From positions 510,001-542,000 of the forward strand of contig NC_009033.1 in assembly GCF_000015945.1 (NCBI RefSeq): 32,000 nucleotides of DNA, in the 5' to 3' direction. Source of the stretch: Staphylothermus marinus F1. Lineage in GTDB: Archaea > Thermoproteota > Thermoprotei_A > Sulfolobales > Desulfurococcaceae. How positions within the stretch are numbered: position 1 is the first letter of the stretch; every line of letters starts with the position of its first letter. The notes under the pieces were generated by a model that had not been told where the DNA came from, did no database searches, and saw nothing but the letters and a program-made list of their open reading frames with translations. A program made the position numbers and the translations under genes. Positions 26,932 through 32,000 of this stretch are shown in pieces.

Positions 26932-27259
26932 CTTTTGAAATATTCATTGTTGCCGGAATTAATTCTTCATTGCTGAATATAACTACGATGATTTTTGAAC
27001 CCCTACTAAATACTGTAATCTCATAATTGTTCATTTTAACAGTAATATTTCTAGGTTTTTCATAACCAATTTCTTTAACTATAACGTTGATCATTCTAAA
27101 CATATCATATCCTAATCTGATGGCTTCACGTAATGTATCAAAGCTCATATTGATAGGTGCACTATAATCAATGACTCTCCCCTGATCATCAATAACTGCT
27201 ACTGCAAATCCCGTTGACATTCTACATGCTCTCCTCGCAGATTTTTGTTCTTCGAACAA
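26915..27259 (-). CDS. Roadblock/LC7 (MglB-like) domain protein
   Basis: 114 aa. GFAVAVIDDQGRVIDYS ... EKPRNITVKMNNYEITVFSRGSKIIVVIF follows the Robl pattern of a beta-hairpin with Gly, then a helix, then 'i.ie.e.g.i.i...g..lvv'. Confidence 0.5.
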   Translation of the reverse strand: MFEEQKSARRACRMSTGFAVAVIDDQGRVIDYSAPINMSFDTLREAIRLGYDMFRMINVIVKEIGYEKPRNITVKMNNYEITVFSRGSKIIVVIFSNEELIPATMNISKATMET

Positions 27260-27419
27260 TAAATTAGCGAAGTAAAATTATAAAAGAGAAAAATACAAGT
27301 ATTTATCCATAATATACTCCAGTATATAGAGCTCCTATATTATTTATTATACCAAAAATATATATAACAACCTAAATCTATATAGAAATAATGAAAATAC
27401 ATATAGTAGGGTGGTAGGT

Positions 27420-27770
27420 ATGGAGATAGTATTTGAACAACCATATTTCATTGACGAAGATGTAGTGAAGCAGAGATTCATAGTTAGGAGTAGGAATATT
27501 TTATGGAAGGGAAATGTAGAAGCTGCTCGTATAGATAATCTAGGATTTGACAAGATCAAGAAGCTTATTTCAAATAGTCTTCTAGATGCTAATAGGGGAT
27601 ACACGTATAAAATGGTCGGCAGAATTAATAGCAGATATATGTATGAGGTTCGTTTAGTTAAGAATAATAATTTGAAATATGATAATGTTTCAAGTGTACA
27701 GATAAAAATTTATGAGACTAATGGAAAAACATTTATGAATATGGATATTGTACCACATGATTATGTTTAG
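27420..27770 (+). CDS. hypothetical protein
   Basis: ATG 27420 has GGGTGG 6 nt upstream; the track's start is GTG 27411. The composition is coding-like, and the opposite-strand ORF 27347-27604 is S/L/F junk. Confidence 0.45.
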   Translation: MEIVFEQPYFIDEDVVKQRFIVRSRNILWKGNVEAARIDNLGFDKIKKLISNSLLDANRGYTYKMVGRINSRYMYEVRLVKNNNLKYDNVSSVQIKIYETNGKTFMNMDIVPHDYV

Positions 27771-27793
27771 ATAGTAAAAATAACTGGTTATAA

Positions 27794-28432
27794 TTAAAGT
27801 TTCTCTATGTATTCTATAAGTTCCTTTAAAGCTAGAAGTTTCTCCTTTATAGTGTTTATTATTTTGGTTTTCTCATCTATCTCTGCTTTGAGCTTTTCAT
27901 TTTCTGTTTTCAGCTTATTTATTTCTTCTTCGAGCTTCTTTAGTTTTTCTTCGTATTCTTTCTTTACATTGTTTAGTAGTTTTAGTTCTTCCTCTAGCTT
28001 CTGTACTCTCTCCACCATTTCCGTGGGTACTTTAATGAATGGAACTACTATTTTTAGTTCTCCCTTCTTGAGTTTCTCATATGTTTGTAAGACTAGTCTG
28101 CCAGCTTTTGTCTTGCCGGAAAGATAAGCACGAATCATTGTTTCGCTTCTGCCTACTTCATCCGCGATCTTACTTATAGGGTAACCTGCTTTTTGTCTAG
28201 CTAGAGCTGCCGCTGCAACCGCTAAGCTATCCACCCACGTTGCTCTCTCTATAGGATCCCTTATTAGTTCTAATACTTCAGGACTATATAGTGTCGCTAT
28301 AATTAATGCCATTTCTAGTTGTTGTATTTCTCTCTTACCTTGTGGAGCTAAAGGAACTCTAGATAGATCGATTGTTATTTCTTCGCTAAGGGGCTCAAGA
28401 GTCTTCTTCTCTTCTGCCACCATTTTATTCAC
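27794..28432 (-). CDS. HTH protein with long C-terminal coiled coil
   Basis: AGYPISKIADEVGRSETMIRAYLSG is HTH-like. The C-terminal ~75 aa form a heptad-like E/K/L-rich coiled coil. Confidence 0.5.
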   Translation of the reverse strand: MNKMVAEEKKTLEPLSEEITIDLSRVPLAPQGKREIQQLEMALIIATLYSPEVLELIRDPIERATWVDSLAVAAAALARQKAGYPISKIADEVGRSETMIRAYLSGKTKAGRLVLQTYEKLKKGELKIVVPFIKVPTEMVERVQKLEEELKLLNNVKKEYEEKLKKLEEEINKLKTENEKLKAEIDEKTKIINTIKEKLLALKELIEYIEKL

Positions 28433-28624
28433 CTTTCAATAACTTGTTTTATTCTAAAATAATATATATTATATGTGAAATATTAATTTATAGTTAACAA
28501 CTATGTTACAATTAACCAAATAATCTGTATAATATTATACATTATACACTTTTTGTTTTTCTTGAAAAACTTACCCTATTTTTTATTTAGGTTTCAAACC
28601 ATATGATTTTTCAGGCGATAAAGC

Positions 28625-29035
28625 TTGCCGCGGTGCCCATATTATTTGAACGGATTATGTTATAGTCCTAAAACTATTGAGAAATATGGTAGTCCAAGCA
28701 GTGAGCCTGTAAATCTTGGTTATTGTTTATCTGATAATTATAATGAATGCTCATATTATACTATTAAAAGCAGTGAAGAACTCTACAAGTATATGGGTAT
28801 TGAAGAATCTACCAATATTTATTTACCTATACATATTATTCCCTGCAACTATAATAGTGAGTGCCCATTCTTCGAGGTAAAGCAGATCGAGGAAAACGTG
28901 TGTGTGTCGAGGTGTACTTATTTAGATAAATACATAACTCGATCATCTGTTGAGAAATGTATTAAATACTGGGATAAATGTCCATTCTATAAAATGGCTT
29001 CTGAACAAGTGGCTCATAGTTTATCGAAGCATTAA
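28625..29035 (+). CDS. Cys-rich repeat protein (10 Cys; C-x5-7-C-[PS]-[YF]-[YF] modules)
   Basis: 136-aa ORF. TTG is the only start, because a stop lies 2 codons upstream. The Cys motifs are CPYY, CYSP, C-x7-CSYY, C-x5-CPFF, CVSRC and C-x6-CPFY. No family was recognised. Confidence 0.45.
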   Translation: MPRCPYYLNGLCYSPKTIEKYGSPSSEPVNLGYCLSDNYNECSYYTIKSSEELYKYMGIEESTNIYLPIHIIPCNYNSECPFFEVKQIEENVCVSRCTYLDKYITRSSVEKCIKYWDKCPFYKMASEQVAHSLSKH

Positions 29036-29340
29036 AGTACATTATTTTCTATTGGGACATGGGATTTATCAATTAAGCCCAGATATTTAGCGTCTCCTGC
29101 AATCATGAATATGTTAAGTAGTGTTTCTACGCTTGGTAATTTATCTATAATAATAGGATCGAGGTCTTCTACTATGAGAATAGGCTTATCATCTTCAATA
29201 TTATTTTCTACTCTTAAATCTATTAGTAATTCATAGTCTTCACTATTAGAGTTTATATGGTCAACTACGTATTCAATTATTTCTCTAACTATTTTCGAGT
29301 AATCATCATCTCCTAAAAGTAAAGTAGCTCTAATGATCAT
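29032..29340 (-). CDS. small acidic hypothetical protein
   Basis: 102-aa, D/E-rich ORF. It lies downstream of 29395-30012 on the same strand. Its stop overlaps the convergent Cys-rich gene's stop by 4 nt. Confidence 0.4.
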   Translation of the reverse strand: MIIRATLLLGDDDYSKIVREIIEYVVDHINSNSEDYELLIDLRVENNIEDDKPILIVEDLDPIIIDKLPSVETLLNIFMIAGDAKYLGLIDKSHVPIENNVL

Positions 29341-29394
29341 TTCATAGACCCCATTATTTTATTGTTCTAGTTTATTTTTAAAGGATTACATTGA

Positions 29395-30012
29395 TCAACG
29401 AATGCATTGGCTAACGCTCTTTATGAGGAGATTTATGTTTTCATAAATAGATTGAACAGATACTCCTTCTTTATCAACACATAAAGTAACGTTGTATCTT
29501 GCACCGATTCTCTTCATATTCATGGCTACTAATCTTCCGAATCCCCTACCAAAAACTATTGGTGACAACTCCATGTAGAGTTTCCTAGCTAGTTTTAGAT
29601 CATTAGCTAATTCTGCATCAATTGCTATATTATATTTTCCAAGTTTAGATATAAATACTACTGTTTCACCGAATCTTGGATTTGCAATTATTCTTTTCAA
29701 TAATTTATCGATCGGAGGATCACTATTAATTAAAATAATAAATGTTTGATCAAAAATCTTAAGAATTAATTGTATAGGTTGCTTCTTCAACTCATAAAAA
29801 TATATCCTGACATAACATAGTTCTCCTTGGCAATGCTGAGTCAACATCTTAAAAACTGTTGCGAAACTAACTACTCTTCTTAACAATAATATGTAAAGCC
29901 AGTCTGAAGTAGTTTTATCCATTATTTTATCAAAATCTATTTTTTCCCGTAGATTTTCTAAAACAAATATTTCGGTTCCACTGGTATTTACATATAATAT
30001 TCCGCTACTCAT
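29395..30012 (-). CDS. hypothetical protein, possibly a tandem Roadblock/longin-like fold
   Basis: 205 aa. The two halves (GILYVNTSGTEIFVLE...IQLILKIFDQTFIILINSD and ETVVFISKLGKYNIAID...NVTLCVDKEGVSVQ) each resemble the Robl strand/helix pattern. The match is weak and by eye only. Confidence 0.35.
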   Translation of the reverse strand: MSSGILYVNTSGTEIFVLENLREKIDFDKIMDKTTSDWLYILLLRRVVSFATVFKMLTQHCQGELCYVRIYFYELKKQPIQLILKIFDQTFIILINSDPPIDKLLKRIIANPRFGETVVFISKLGKYNIAIDAELANDLKLARKLYMELSPIVFGRGFGRLVAMNMKRIGARYNVTLCVDKEGVSVQSIYENINLLIKSVSQCIR

Positions 30013-30202
30013 TTAAACCGCCTTAAACAAAATAATATTTTACTGTGGAAAATAAAAATCTATATCAGTTCATATTTTCTCCCCTAAATACCTGAATTAT
30101 ATTGTTAAAGTTAAATATGTAAAAGAAATATATTATGGATTTATATATTTTGTTTGCATTTAGAAACTTATACATATTATTAATTAGTTGTATTTTTGAA
30201 AC

Positions 30203-30892
30203 TCATTCATGATTCTTTGAAACTATATGCTTGTAGAGCCTTATTATAGATCTATATGAAACTACTCCATCCCTAACTATGAGGGGTTTTTCCGATGTGA
30301 GATCTATTACTGTAGAAGGTTCCCCTATAGGGGCTGTGCCTGAATCTATATATAGATCAATATTGTTGCCCAACTGTTTAATTGCTTCCTCAATATTCTT
30401 AGCTGGTTTTAACCCGCTTATATTTGCGCTAGTACCTGTAATGAATCCACCGTTGAGTTCGGCTAGTTTTCGAGGCAGAGGTGATGCTGGTACTCTAAAC
30501 CCGATTTTTTCTGTACCTAAATGTATTTCTTCAGAGAATATACTGTCTATAGGCTTCAATATAACTGTAACAGGTCCCGGCCAGATTACTTCGAGAAACC
30601 GCTGTAAATTATGGTTTATATTTGTAATAGAAAAAACAGCTTTAGGACTGGAAGCTAAAAGCGGAATTGGTTTTCCCTTTCTTTTCTTTACAACATATAT
30701 TCTTGAAACACACTCATCTCTAAAAGGATCAGCAAATATTCCATATAATGTATCGGTTACCCCGACAACTAAACCACAACTTTTCAGGATCCTATATGCT
30801 TCCTGAATAATGTTTATAGATGGATTTATGAAGTTTGCTCTCAAAATGTTCAAAATACCCCTTCCCCCGACAGGGGCAAATATATAAAGCAT
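30203..30892 (-). CDS. YrdC/Sua5-family protein (threonylcarbamoyl-AMP synthase-like)
   Basis: VTDTLYGIFADPF, KKRKGKPIPLL, WPGPVTVIL and TGTSANISG are present. At 229 aa it has the YrdC domain only. Confidence 0.85.
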   Translation of the reverse strand: MLYIFAPVGGRGILNILRANFINPSINIIQEAYRILKSCGLVVGVTDTLYGIFADPFRDECVSRIYVVKKRKGKPIPLLASSPKAVFSITNINHNLQRFLEVIWPGPVTVILKPIDSIFSEEIHLGTEKIGFRVPASPLPRKLAELNGGFITGTSANISGLKPAKNIEEAIKQLGNNIDLYIDSGTAPIGEPSTVIDLTSEKPLIVRDGVVSYRSIIRLYKHIVSKNHE

Positions 30893-30920
30893 TATTCATG
30901 TTTAACACTCTAGGATACTC

Positions 30921-30930
30921 TATATAAAAA
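30921..30930. promoter_or_regulatory. shared TATA element for divergent (near-)leaderless transcripts
   Basis: TATATAAAAA reads as TATA-like on both strands. Its centre (about 30925) is 33 nt from ATG 30892 (minus) and 33 nt from ATG 30958 (plus). That is consistent with TSSs about 27 nt from the centre and leaders of about 6-7 nt. Confidence 0.5.
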
Positions 30931-30957
30931 TTATCTAGTAAAGGAGCGTGTTGAGGG

Positions 30958-32000
30958 ATGGGTTTTTAGCTATAGTGAGGAAAAAATTAAGTCATTGTAT
31001 GTTGATAGAAGACAGCTCCGAGAAATAATTAAGGAACTTAAGAAATGGAGTGCTCCAGCTACTGTTCTCCTAAGTCTATATATTCCTCCCGGTAGGCCGG
31101 TTAGTGATGTATTAAATATGCTTCGACAAGAACTCTCAATTACTGATAACATAAAATTAAAGAAGACTAGATCAGCTGTTCAGAGAGCATTGAAAGCCGC
31201 TATTGAGAGATTAAGTAAGATACCGAAGATCCCTGATAATGGATTAGCATTATTTTGTGGCGAAGACATGGATACAGGAGACTTTATATGCTTAATGTTT
31301 GTTCCCCCAGAGAAAGTACCTGTTTATTTCTATAGGACAGATAAACATTTCCATACAGAATTCCTAGAAGAAATGGTTGTTGAAAGCAATCTAGTAGGCC
31401 TTATAATTATTGAAAGAGACGCTGCTACTTTGGGGTTATTGAAAGGGAGCAGGCTAGAAGTGTTAGAGGAGATAGAGGATTATATACCTGGAAAACATCA
31501 TAGAGGAGGACAGAGTCAGCGAAGATTTGATAGAATAATAGAGCAAATGGTTCATGACTTCTATAAACGTGTAGGAGAACATGCTAAGGAAAAGTTCTTA
31601 CCTCTACTTGAACAGGGCAAATTAAAAGCTATACTTATTGGTGGACCAGCATATAGTAAATATGATTTCGTTGAGGGAGACTATCTAGATTACAGATTGA
31701 GACAACTTGTTCTACCAAGACTTATAGATGTAAGTTATCAAGGAGAAGTGGGTTTAAGAGAAATGGTTATGAAAGCCTCTGATCTGTTAAAGGAACAAGA
31801 ATACGTGGATGCGTTAAAAGCTGTGGAAGAATTTAAGCTCAATCTAGCAAAAGATGATGGAATGATAATATATGGTGAAGAAGATGTTAAGAGAGCGCTT
31901 GAAATGGGCGCTATTAAAACATTAATTATAGATGAAGATAGACCAGATGCTCATCAATGGGCTGAGCTAGCAAAGAAATATGGTGCTAAACCAGTATTTC
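30958..32000 (+). CDS. prf1: peptide chain release factor aRF1 (3' partial); the N-terminus needs either a +1 shift at 30964-30970 or TTG 30995 initiation
   Basis: The frame phased on 30968 encodes ...[48 protein letters not shown] and more, and runs off the window end. This frame has no ATG or GTG upstream of the conserved body. Confidence 0.9.

Noticed and set aside
1-32000. I looked for CRISPR arrays, tRNA/rRNA genes, IS elements, integrases, toxin-antitoxin pairs and known defence-system genes.
   Set aside because: No regularly spaced direct repeats, no tRNA-like acceptor/T-arm strings, no transposase or integrase-like ORFs and no long terminal inverted repeats were seen. The only nuclease-fold protein (14638-15348) is translationally coupled to cysS and has no defence-type partners.

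Overview
The window is AT-rich (roughly mid-30s % GC by eye) and gene-dense. Gene content is archaeal and looks crenarchaeote/Desulfurococcales-like; that placement is my inference and was not checked. I call about 42 protein genes, mostly housekeeping. Translation-related genes are deoxyhypusine synthase, diphthine synthase, CysRS, a YrdC/Sua5-family protein and aRF1 (3' partial). Metabolic genes include isopentenyl phosphate kinase, threonine dehydratase, a PNP/UDP-family nucleoside phosphorylase, a PF04008-type protein, two HAD hydrolases, TatD and an isochorismatase-family hydrolase. There are also a FecCD/BtuCDF-type ABC importer operon, three radical SAM enzymes, and about 15 small hypothetical proteins. 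I saw no rRNA, tRNA, CRISPR array, IS element or integrase. The non-coding content is richer than the ORF track suggests. Two canonical C/D box sRNA genes lie at 2466-2528 and 25618-25680 (both minus). A third, 90-nt atypical C/D RNA with a 10-bp GC hairpin between D' and C' lies at 14408-14497 (minus). There are two weaker C/D-like candidates. The gene at 1695-2432 is flanked by two noncoding regions of more than 600 bp that carry strong-SD micro-ORFs and a long inverted repeat. The most unusual observation is at the aRF1 start. The conserved frame has no ATG or GTG start. The ATG at leaderless distance from a strong bidirectional TATA reads ATG GGT TTT TAG C, and a perfect +1 slip on U-UUU-UAG-C joins it to the aRF1 frame. 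This is formally analogous to bacterial RF2 autoregulation, and needs to be distinguished from a T5/T4 homopolymer error or TTG initiation. A second region worth attention is 26915-30012, a block of six uncharacterised genes. It contains a Roadblock/LC7-like protein, a tandem Roadblock-like protein, an HTH/coiled-coil regulator and a 10-Cys repeat protein, with no GTPase in the window.
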